This document shows, in pieces, positions 56,089-64,000 of a DNA stretch of 64,000 nt (positions are counted from its first letter, which is position 1; every line of letters begins with the position of its first letter). The stretch lies in contig CAADHD010000017.1 in assembly GCA_900696575.1 (NCBI GenBank), forward strand, positions 824 through 64,823, in the 5' to 3' direction. The translations under genes and the position numbers were made by a program. Under the pieces are notes generated by a model. That model made no database searches. It saw only the letters and a list, made by a program, of their open reading frames with translations, and was not told the origin of the DNA. The DNA is from an uncultured Bacteroidota bacterium (GTDB taxonomy: Bacteria; Bacteroidota; Bacteroidia; AKYH767-A; OLB10).

Positions 56089-58469
56089 AACCGACTATAA
56101 TTTTTTTTTGAATGAGGTTTTAACATGAGTTTACGTCTGAGCGATTTATGACTCTTTTCAAAAACCATTTTACGGTAATCGCCATTCAGGTACATAACTG
56201 ACTGGTCATCATAATGCCTGCTCATAAAATGTCCCGATTGCCCGGTGGGAAGTATGCTTTCTCCTGCATTCATATCGCTGAGGTCAATCACAATTCGCAT
56301 GGCAGGTCCATAAGCCACTTTGTAATTTCCATTTGATGCCACCGGAAAACCTGAGCAACTGATGGTTTCATTTCCTCCCGGTGCAGCAAAGGGTCCGACA
56401 TTGAAAAAATAATCCATAGGCGGCTGCCTTCCGATGGCATGAACATGGGTGAGCGTATGCACACGGCTCCATGTCCAGTTAGCCGGGTTGGGGCCTAACT
56501 GATTTTCGAGTGCGGAGACTGAGGCAATAAAAGCATCAGCCAGAATATCGTTTCGGGTTTCTGTTTTATCAGGGGTAAGTTTATTATCCCACCAGGGAGA
56601 ATCTTCAGTAAATAAAAACTTATGATAGATATTTTTTACATGATGTGATGTTTTAATGGTGATGTAAGAAAGCGAATCCAGTTCATCAGCCATAGAGCGG
56701 TCAAGTAATTCCGAAAGCAGTTTGTAAAATGCTGACGGCCCGGTTGAATGCAACTCATGTTCGCCTTTCCACTGCTGAAGAATTTCAAGAAATGATTCTC
56801 CGTTTTTTGAAACGGTAACATTCATCGTTTTTAGTTCATCGGCAAAGCGATGAGCGATAGAAGCATAGTTTTCATTGACATTATCCCTCTGAATTCTTTT
56901 CATGTACGGAATATCAAACTTGTCTTTTTCTCCCAGCAGTTTTTCAATTCGCATGGAGCGGTCAGGCGGAGCATAATAACCCGGATGACGGTGCAGCAAT
57001 GAATCAGGAACACGGTTGGCTGAAAATACATACCCGCACTGCGGATTTATTTCATGCGGGTTTTCCTCAAAACTATAGTATTCTATCGTAGTGTTTTCGC
57101 TTTTGGTTCCGTCAATAAAAACTTTGGTGTTGAAATGCACAGGTCGTTTCATCATTTTGCCTGCAGCCCATAGGGCAATATTTCCCGAAGTATCAGCATA
57201 AATGATATTGAGACCCGGTGAAACCATTGTTTTACATGCCTTACGCATTTCATCCATAGAGGTGGCATACATCATAAGTCTTGATGCCTGCAGTGCCACA
57301 TTTTCAAATTTTGTAAACAGCCACCAAAGCGAAAAAGCCGCAGTATTTTCAGCCGGAAGGTTATCCATTACCTCATTTATGATCGGGCCGTTGTGTGTAC
57401 TGCGAATGATAATGGAAGTATCGGCAGCATCTTTTCTTTTAATGATTTCTTTACGGAGCTGAAGGGAATGCCATTCATTTCCTGCCAGATATTTAGCGGA
57501 ATTGCTGCTCAGTTTTTCCGAATAAAAATCCATATCATCATTTTCGAGCATGGTCATTCCCCAGGCATGATGGCGCGTATGGCCGATAAGGGGAAATGGA
57601 AAACCGGCCAGAAAATTTCCGTAAATGCTCATGCCCGGGTATTCAAGATGTGCTTCGTACCACACGCAAGGCTGGGCATAGCCAATGTGCGTATCGTTGG
57701 CAAACAGCGGTTTTCCTGAAAGTGATTTGGCAGACGATACAGCCCATGCATTGCTTCCTATTATTGGCGGAACCATTAGTTGATTTAAAACGGAAAGCAA
57801 CGGAGCGGTAACCTCAGCAGCAGTTGAATCAAATGATGTTTCACTGATAACATTAAAATACTCCGGCCCGAGGTTGTGCAGAATGTTATTCATAACCGGA
57901 TCTGTTTTTATGGCCTCGGCAAATGAGAATGCCATGTAACCCGTAATGCAGAAAACATCCTGCAAGCTGAAAGGCTCTTTCGAAATACCGGGCAACAGAT
58001 ATTCGGGAGGAGTTTTTCCATGCTTTACAAATTCATTTACTCCATCCAGGTAAGCGAAGGTTTCGGTTTTTAAAGATTCATCAGCATGTTGTAAAAAATT
58101 TTTCGCTGATTCCGAAGCATGTTCAGCAATACCAAGTGTTCGGAAAAAAGCATCAATGCGGGTTAATTCTTTTCCGAAAATTTCTGACAGCCTTCCGCTG
58201 CCAACCCTACGCAGTAAATCCATCTGAAACAACCGTTCCTGCGCATGTAAATAGCCCAGTGCATAAAAAGCATCGTAATTATTTCCGGCATTGATATGTG
58301 GAATGCCATAATCATCAAACCTTACTTCCACATTGTTTTGCGGGCTGTGAAGCTGCAAAACTCCTTCATAAACAGGCTTTGATTTTTCGAGAATAAACAG
58401 GAGAATAAGTCCGGCAACAATGAGTGCGCTTAATAGAATGAGTAATGCAATTTTCAGTTTTTTCATCAA
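56085..58469 (-). CDS. penicillin acylase / Ntn-hydrolase S45 family protein (possible acyl-homoserine lactone acylase)
   Basis: 794 aa with a signal/TM N-terminus and the beta-subunit N-terminal nucleophile motif GSNAWAVS. Alpha/beta organisation is typical of S45. Confidence 0.7.
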   Translation of the reverse strand: MMKKLKIALLILLSALIVAGLILLFILEKSKPVYEGVLQLHSPQNNVEVRFDDYGIPHINAGNNYDAFYALGYLHAQERLFQMDLLRRVGSGRLSEIFGKELTRIDAFFRTLGIAEHASESAKNFLQHADESLKTETFAYLDGVNEFVKHGKTPPEYLLPGISKEPFSLQDVFCITGYMAFSFAEAIKTDPVMNNILHNLGPEYFNVISETSFDSTAAEVTAPLLSVLNQLMVPPIIGSNAWAVSSAKSLSGKPLFANDTHIGYAQPCVWYEAHLEYPGMSIYGNFLAGFPFPLIGHTRHHAWGMTMLENDDMDFYSEKLSSNSAKYLAGNEWHSLQLRKEIIKRKDAADTSIIIRSTHNGPIINEVMDNLPAENTAAFSLWWLFTKFENVALQASRLMMYATSMDEMRKACKTMVSPGLNIIYADTSGNIALWAAGKMMKRPVHFNTKVFIDGTKSENTTIEYYSFEENPHEINPQCGYVFSANRVPDSLLHRHPGYYAPPDRSMRIEKLLGEKDKFDIPYMKRIQRDNVNENYASIAHRFADELKTMNVTVSKNGESFLEILQQWKGEHELHSTGPSAFYKLLSELLDRSMADELDSLSYITIKTSHHVKNIYHKFLFTEDSPWWDNKLTPDKTETRNDILADAFIASVSALENQLGPNPANWTWSRVHTLTHVHAIGRQPPMDYFFNVGPFAAPGGNETISCSGFPVASNGNYKVAYGPAMRIVIDLSDMNAGESILPTGQSGHFMSRHYDDQSVMYLNGDYRKMVFEKSHKSLRRKLMLKPHSKKNYSRL

Positions 58470-58475
58470 TACAAT

Positions 58476-59468
58476 TTAAACTGAAAATCCGATTGCAGTT
58501 CGAACTAATTTCAGGGTTTCGTTAGCGCTTTGATGAGCTTTTTCTTTACCGATGGAAATGGCTTTTTGAAGCAGAGAAGTATCAGCTTCGGTTTCTTTAA
58601 TTTTTTCGGAAATTGGAGTTGTAAAAACGACCATGTCTTCAGCCAATTGTTTTTTCATATCCCCATAACGGATGCTGCAGTTGTTATAAGCTTCTTCAAA
58701 GTACTTTACTGTTTCGGGTTTTGAAACAATACTCATCAAGGTAAAAAGATTTTGAATGGCTTCCGGTTTAGGAGAGTTAGAAACTGTGGGTCCTGAATCG
58801 GTAACGGCACGCATTACTTTTTTGCGGATTACATCCGGAGCATCACTCAGAAAAATGGCATTGCCTTCGCCTTCTGATTTTCCCATTTTGCCCGAACCGT
58901 CCAGTCCCGGAACTTTAACCAGTTGCTTTCCGAAATTAAACGCCACCGGCTCCGGAAAAATGTCAGACTTGTAAATGCGGTTAAAGCGGTTTCCGAAAGT
59001 GCGTGTCATTTCTAAATGCTGCTCCTGATCTTTGCCTACCGGAACCTTGGCTGCACGGTGAATAAGAATATCGGCAGCCATCAGCACGGGGTAGGTGAGC
59101 AGTCCTGCATTTACATTGTCAGGCTGCTGCCGTACTTTGTCTTTAAACGTGGTGGAGCGTTCAAGCTCGCCCACATAAGCATGCATGTTGAGAAGCAGGT
59201 AAAGCTCAGCTGTTTGCGGCAAATCGCTTTGTATGTAAAGTGTGCATTGATCAGGGTCCAGGCCGCAGGCCAGGTATTCGGCTAAGACGGTTCGCACATT
59301 TCCTTTCAGGTTTTGAGGATTGGGGTGGGTAGTGAGCGAATGGTAATCGGCAATGAAAAAGAAGCACTGATGTTCATGCTGCATCTGCAAAAAATTTTTT
59401 AGTGCTCCGAAGTAGTTTCCAAGGTGCAGTCTTCCTGTAGGCCTTATGCCGCTTACAACTCTATCCAT
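58476..59468 (-). CDS. trpS: tryptophan--tRNA ligase
   Basis: HIGH region (PTGRLHLGNYFGAL) and KMSKS (KMGKS). Start set at MDRVVSGIRPTG. The longer upstream ORF extension is probably not translated. Confidence 0.85.
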   Translation of the reverse strand: MDRVVSGIRPTGRLHLGNYFGALKNFLQMQHEHQCFFFIADYHSLTTHPNPQNLKGNVRTVLAEYLACGLDPDQCTLYIQSDLPQTAELYLLLNMHAYVGELERSTTFKDKVRQQPDNVNAGLLTYPVLMAADILIHRAAKVPVGKDQEQHLEMTRTFGNRFNRIYKSDIFPEPVAFNFGKQLVKVPGLDGSGKMGKSEGEGNAIFLSDAPDVIRKKVMRAVTDSGPTVSNSPKPEAIQNLFTLMSIVSKPETVKYFEEAYNNCSIRYGDMKKQLAEDMVVFTTPISEKIKETEADTSLLQKAISIGKEKAHQSANETLKLVRTAIGFSV

Positions 59469-59726
59469 GCGGGCGAAGATAAAGCGGGCGATGAAATGAA
59501 GGGTGGGACGTGAGGGAGAAATAATTCTCGATTTATGATTCATAATGTACAATTTGTTGATGCCTGAAATAGGTTGACTTCTTAGCTCTTCTTTGCGCCC
59601 TTTGCCTCTCTGGTTCCTCTGCGCGAAACAAATGTTGTACAATAGATTTCATGGAATTTCAATTTTAGTCATTTTCAAATCCTCATATTCTTTTGCCATC
59701 TCTCCAATGTTTCCAATCTTTGTCGC

Positions 59727-60503
59727 ATGAAATACATCAAATCAGAACTGAAGGGCGCAGTGGCTGTTATCTTGCTTAACCGTCCTGACAAGTACAATGC
59801 TTTTATCCGCGAAATGTCGCTCGAACTGCAAAAGGCCATTGATGAGGCATCGGGCAATGAAGCAGTGAGAGCCATTTTAATTACCGGTGAAGGAAAAGCA
59901 TTTTGTTCAGGTCAGGATTTAAGCGAAGCCATCCATCCCGAAGGACCGGGCATACGTAAAATTGTGGAAGAGCATTACAATCCCATCATCCTTAAAATCC
60001 GTCATGCAAAAAAACCGGTCATTGCAGCCGTTAACGGAGTAGCAGCCGGAGCCGGAGCCAATATTGCTTTGGCATGCGATATTGTTCTTGCCAACCGGTC
60101 GGCTGCGTTTATTCAGGCGTTCAGCAAAATAGGGTTGATACCCGACAGCGGAGGTACGTTCATGCTTCCTCGTCTTGTCGGTTTTCAGCGGGCGCTGGCT
60201 TTGTGTATGACCGGTGATAAAGTAACTGCTGCTGAAGCCTTGAATATGGGGATGGTTTACAAAGTTTTTGATGATGATATATTTATGGAAGAAACGCTTG
60301 CATTTGCTTCCATGATTGCTTCCATGCCAACGCAGGGATTGGTTTATACCAAAGAATTGTTCAATCAATCCATGACCCATTCGCTGGAACAGCAGTTGAA
60401 AGCCGAAGGCGATTACCAGGTAAAAGCCACTGCTACATACGATTTTAACGAAGGCGTAAAAGCATTTCTCGAAAAACGCAAACCTGAATTCAAAGGCAAA
60501 TGA
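59727..60503 (+). CDS. enoyl-CoA hydratase/isomerase (crotonase) family protein
   Basis: 258 aa with LNRPDKYNAF ... GEGKAFCSGQDL ... AAVNGVAAGAG. Confidence 0.75.
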   Translation: MKYIKSELKGAVAVILLNRPDKYNAFIREMSLELQKAIDEASGNEAVRAILITGEGKAFCSGQDLSEAIHPEGPGIRKIVEEHYNPIILKIRHAKKPVIAAVNGVAAGAGANIALACDIVLANRSAAFIQAFSKIGLIPDSGGTFMLPRLVGFQRALALCMTGDKVTAAEALNMGMVYKVFDDDIFMEETLAFASMIASMPTQGLVYTKELFNQSMTHSLEQQLKAEGDYQVKATATYDFNEGVKAFLEKRKPEFKGK

Positions 60504-61663
60504 GCAAACTGAGAATAGGAGTGGCAGGCGCTGGCGCTATGGGCAGCGGCATTGCACAAACGGCCGCCATGGCAGGACATACAGTATTGTTGTTTGACGA
60601 AAGCAAACAGGCCGTTGAAAAAGCTTTCTCTTCCATCACATCCTCCCTTCAGAAATTGGAGGAAAAAGGAAAAATTAAAAATGCCGGTGAAGTCATAAAA
60701 AAAATCACAGCCATTGAGGCATTAAAAGATTTTGCGCCCTGCGGATTTTTTATCGAAGCCATTATCGAAAACCTTGAAGCAAAACGGAAATTGTTTTCAG
60801 CAGTTGAAGCCGTTATTTCTGATGAGTGCATACTTGCCAGCAACACTTCTTCGCTTTCCATTGCTTCGCTGGCAGCTTCCTGCAAAAATCCGGAACGATT
60901 TATCGGAGTACATTTTTTCAATCCACCTGTGCTGATGAAATTAGTAGAAATCATTCCGGGCATCAGAACAAGTCAGGAGGTAACAGTGCAAACATTACGG
61001 CTTATTCAATCGTGGAGCAAAACAACGGTGATTGCCGAGGATACTCCGGGCTTTATCGTAAACCGTATTGCACGGCCTTATTACGGTGAGGCCATCCGTA
61101 TTTTTGAAGAAGGCATTGCCTCGCCTGCCACTATTGACCATGCCATGAAAACGCTGGGTGGTTTTAAGATGGGCCCGTTTGAATTGATGGATTTCATTGG
61201 CAATGACATCAATTTTAATGTTACCGAAACCGTATGGAAGCAGATGTTTTATGATGCCCGTTACCGACCTTCTCAAACACAGAAACGGTTGTACGAAGCC
61301 GGTATGTTCGGGCGCAAATCAGGAAGAGGTTATTATGAGTACAAAGACGGACAAGCCGTTATTCCGCCTCCTGCAGAGGACAAAAAACTGCTGGAAGAAA
61401 TTTTTATGCGCATACTCTTCATGCTGATTAACGAAGCGGCAGATGCACTGCATTTTCAGATTGCTTCGGCACAGGATATTGAAACAGCCATGACCCTCGG
61501 AGTTAACTATCCGAAAGGGTTGTTGCATTGGGCTGATGAAACCGGAATTGAAAAAGTTTACAGGACACTTCTGCAACTTAACGATACGTATCGCGAAGAA
61601 CGCTACCGGCCTTCGGTGTTATTGAAGAGAAAGGCGGAATCGGATGAGAAGTTTCTGGGTTAA
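60500..61663 (+). CDS. 3-hydroxyacyl-CoA dehydrogenase family protein
   Basis: Rossmann motif IGVAGAGAMGSGIAQ and a 3HCDH C-terminal domain with an extra C-terminal repeat. Translationally coupled to the hydratase. Confidence 0.75.
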   Translation: MSKLRIGVAGAGAMGSGIAQTAAMAGHTVLLFDESKQAVEKAFSSITSSLQKLEEKGKIKNAGEVIKKITAIEALKDFAPCGFFIEAIIENLEAKRKLFSAVEAVISDECILASNTSSLSIASLAASCKNPERFIGVHFFNPPVLMKLVEIIPGIRTSQEVTVQTLRLIQSWSKTTVIAEDTPGFIVNRIARPYYGEAIRIFEEGIASPATIDHAMKTLGGFKMGPFELMDFIGNDINFNVTETVWKQMFYDARYRPSQTQKRLYEAGMFGRKSGRGYYEYKDGQAVIPPPAEDKKLLEEIFMRILFMLINEAADALHFQIASAQDIETAMTLGVNYPKGLLHWADETGIEKVYRTLLQLNDTYREERYRPSVLLKRKAESDEKFLG

Positions 61664-61675
61664 TGTAAACTTTCT

Positions 61676-64000
61676 CTACTTCACAACTATCAACTTCTCC
61701 GTCTGCACTACTTTGTTCTTCTGAATCAGGTTCACAAAATATGTTCCTGCAGCAATGCGTGAAGTATTAAACTCAACACTGTCATTCAAAATAGTTTCGA
61801 ATACAATGATGCCACGGTTATCAGCCACTTTCAGCTTGGAGTTTTTAGATAAACTTTTTAATGCTTCAAATTTTACATGATGGGAGGCAGGATTGGGAAT
61901 CATGCTGAATAATTTTTCTTTCGGATCAATCTGTTCTGCCACAGATGTAACCGAGTAGTCATAATAGCCGAAAACATATTCGCCTTTCTTCAAAGTATCA
62001 ATAGTAATGGAGCCGCGCTTATCAGTCGGGTTGGCAATGACGCGTGTAAAACCGTTTACTACCTGCCAGTCGTCCCATGTACCGGCACGGTAAAGAATAA
62101 TGACACTGTCTTCGGGGCCGGTAATCAGGTTGTTGTCGAGATAGCCGTTGGTCAGGCTTGTTGAGCCATCATACAGAAAAGTGGCTTTGCTGAGAAAACC
62201 TGTAATCCATATTCCATCCACCGACCAGTAATGATAATCGCTCAGGCGTATGCCGGGATTGGATTGTTTTAATCCATCCGGTGTTACATAATGATGTTCA
62301 ATACGGGTTTTATTACTCATGAGGGGAGGAACTGTAATACCCAGCGATTGTACATTAAGCGTAACACCGGTTTCGGGAAAAGTCTGATTACCGAGCGTGG
62401 TTATGTCTCTTTCAAAATCCACAATGGCATCGCCTACTTTCCGGTTGCGGTCGAGCATAATCCAGTCGGCAGTTTGAATCAGCGGAATGTGAAACATGTT
62501 GGTAACCGAATCAATCACCATGGTAACGGTCGTATCCTGCACCCCGTTGGAGAAAGTGATTTCGACCGGCATTTTGTAAATGTGATTGTTATTTCCGCGC
62601 GAGCGCTGGCGGGTGTAAACGAAATAATGGTCAAGCCCACCGGGAATATACACAACAGAATCAATGGAGAAGTGGGGCCAGCCTGGCGTAAAAATCCAGT
62701 CATCAAAAAAACGGCTCATATTAATTCCGGTTGGCACTTCGAGGTCATCGCGCAGATCGTAGCTGGTGGCATTACCGTAAGCATGATTGCCATGGAAGAA
62801 TTTGCAACCTTCAAAGAAAGCCGAATCGCCCATGTAATAACGCATGGTATGTATAAGGTCGGCTGCTTTCTGATACACATGCATACCGTAGGTATGTGTT
62901 TCGGGAATGTTGTTCATAGTTAAATAGGAGCCATCGTTTTGCGGAACATGGGCAAACTGAAGCACTTTACGGTGGTTGGCATGAATCCAGTTTTGGTAAG
63001 CAGGTTTTCCATAAACGGCTTCTGTCATCAAGGCTTCGTTGTAGGTAGCCCATCCTTCGTTAAGCCACATATCCTGAGCCGTGAGGCAGGTTGCATTATC
63101 ACCCCACCACATGTGTGCAAGCTCATGTGCCCACAGGGTTTCATAAGTAAGGGTACCATTAATAAATGCCCTGCCAATGGCAATGTTGGTAGCATGTTCC
63201 ATCGCACCGCTATTGAAAGGAACCAACGAATACCCGACCTTGCTGAAAGGATATGGCCCCCAGGCATTAATAAAAGTACTGAGTACCGTATCAAGATTCT
63301 GAAAAGTGTTGTTGATGTTGGTAGTATCAGTATAAATACAAGCCCATTCAACCGGAAGCCCATTGGAGGTTTTTGTTTTGGTGATGTAAGGACCAACGGC
63401 CATACAGGCAAGATAGGTGGGTATGGGGTCTGTCATTTTCCAGTGCCAGGTTTTAGTTCCGTTGGGATTGATGATTTCAGCCTGTAAAATGCCATTGGCA
63501 AAAGCTTTATTGGCAGCAGAAGTGGTGATGAAAAATTCGTATTCGGCTTTGTCATTGAAAACATCAATACAAGGAAACCACACTTTGCCGAGGTTATGCG
63601 GAATGGCCTGAAAGCCTACCCCGAGATTGAAAGCGTAAAGTCCGGTGAAATAAAATCCGCCCCAGCCCGAAGCATCCTGTTTAGGATTGCCGCGGTAATA
63701 CACTGTAATGGCAAGCGAATCACCAAAATTGGCCGAAGGAATTACAGGAATGGAAATGACAGTATCGTTGTACGAATAACTTACAGTCTGCCCGTTAAGT
63801 CGCAGCGAATCAATGGTAAGCTGAAGCAAATCAAGTCGAAGCTGGTTTACGCCATTAACTTTTGCAATGGCTTTTACTTCTGTTTTGGCCCGAAGGGTCT
63901 TAGCTACAAAGTCAAGTGTATCAATGGTGATAATATATCTGGCAACGCGAACCGAATCGGTGATGCTCTGGGAAGAAGAAAATCCTGATTTTAAGGCAGG
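61676..64000 (-). CDS. T9SS-secreted M1-family (aminopeptidase N-like) zinc metallopeptidase, partial (N-terminus beyond window)
   Basis: GAMEH exopeptidase motif and HELAHMWWGD ... E zinc site. C-terminal Por-secretion sorting domain (LFSMIPNPASHHVKFEALK ... GTYFVNLIQKNKVVQTEKLIVVK). The frame stays open to the window edge. Confidence 0.8.
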   Translation of the reverse strand, partial: PALKSGFSSSQSITDSVRVARYIITIDTLDFVAKTLRAKTEVKAIAKVNGVNQLRLDLLQLTIDSLRLNGQTVSYSYNDTVISIPVIPSANFGDSLAITVYYRGNPKQDASGWGGFYFTGLYAFNLGVGFQAIPHNLGKVWFPCIDVFNDKAEYEFFITTSAANKAFANGILQAEIINPNGTKTWHWKMTDPIPTYLACMAVGPYITKTKTSNGLPVEWACIYTDTTNINNTFQNLDTVLSTFINAWGPYPFSKVGYSLVPFNSGAMEHATNIAIGRAFINGTLTYETLWAHELAHMWWGDNATCLTAQDMWLNEGWATYNEALMTEAVYGKPAYQNWIHANHRKVLQFAHVPQNDGSYLTMNNIPETHTYGMHVYQKAADLIHTMRYYMGDSAFFEGCKFFHGNHAYGNATSYDLRDDLEVPTGINMSRFFDDWIFTPGWPHFSIDSVVYIPGGLDHYFVYTRQRSRGNNNHIYKMPVEITFSNGVQDTTVTMVIDSVTNMFHIPLIQTADWIMLDRNRKVGDAIVDFERDITTLGNQTFPETGVTLNVQSLGITVPPLMSNKTRIEHHYVTPDGLKQSNPGIRLSDYHYWSVDGIWITGFLSKATFLYDGSTSLTNGYLDNNLITGPEDSVIILYRAGTWDDWQVVNGFTRVIANPTDKRGSITIDTLKKGEYVFGYYDYSVTSVAEQIDPKEKLFSMIPNPASHHVKFEALKSLSKNSKLKVADNRGIIVFETILNDSVEFNTSRIAAGTYFVNLIQKNKVVQTEKLIVVK

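Noticed and set aside
55453-56100. 215-aa plus-strand ORF opposite the acyltransferase-3 gene
   Set aside because: Antisense shadow ORF. Its Lys/Glu-rich composition mirrors the AT-rich membrane-protein gene.
58476-59642. Full 388-aa ORF as trpS with a 58-aa N-terminal extension
   Set aside because: The conserved TrpS N-terminus (…VSGIRPTGRLHLGNY) begins at the internal Met (59468). The upstream extension has no TrpS counterpart.
62291-63487. Two plus-strand ORFs (210 and 182 aa) opposite the M1 peptidase gene
   Set aside because: They overlap a strongly supported minus-strand gene and have low-complexity or Cys/His-rich shadow-frame composition.

Overview
This 64-kb window is a chromosomal segment of a Bacteroidota genome, identified by T9SS C-terminal sorting domains, a gldA-gldF-gldG gliding-motility operon, and DUF1800/DUF1501 and OmpA/PorE-like architectures. 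It is mostly conserved housekeeping and envelope genes: a truncated TonB-dependent receptor, cinA, prmC/ribD, hmgA, a two-component system, tRNA-His, pruA, tyrS, rluB, the waaA-lpxK lipid A/KDO cluster, Nif3, trpS, and T9SS-secreted M43 and M1 peptidases. The clearest accessory signal is a ~3.1-kb AT-rich insertion at the 3' end of cinA (8218-11341). It is flanked by ~71-bp direct repeats that each encode an alternative CinA C-terminus, it carries no integrase, and its cargo ORFs all contain in-frame stop codons (a lipoprotein/Cys-rich gene and a T9SS beta-propeller-like gene). The insertion is bracketed internally by two short sequence elements (A and B) that recur only ~190 bp apart in a second, cargo-free noncoding locus (50955-51345), so this looks like occupied and empty versions of the same site or element. 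Other items worth a second look are an orphan Cas6-like RAMP protein with no CRISPR array in the window, a 7-heme c-type cytochrome-TPR fusion translationally coupled to an Hsp15-like protein and an HExxH aminopeptidase, a ~63-bp tandem-repeat array inside rluB, a degenerate IS3-family transposase fragment, a lone cyanophycinase, and an S45 penicillin/AHL-acylase-family gene. No CRISPR array, prophage or intact transposase was found.
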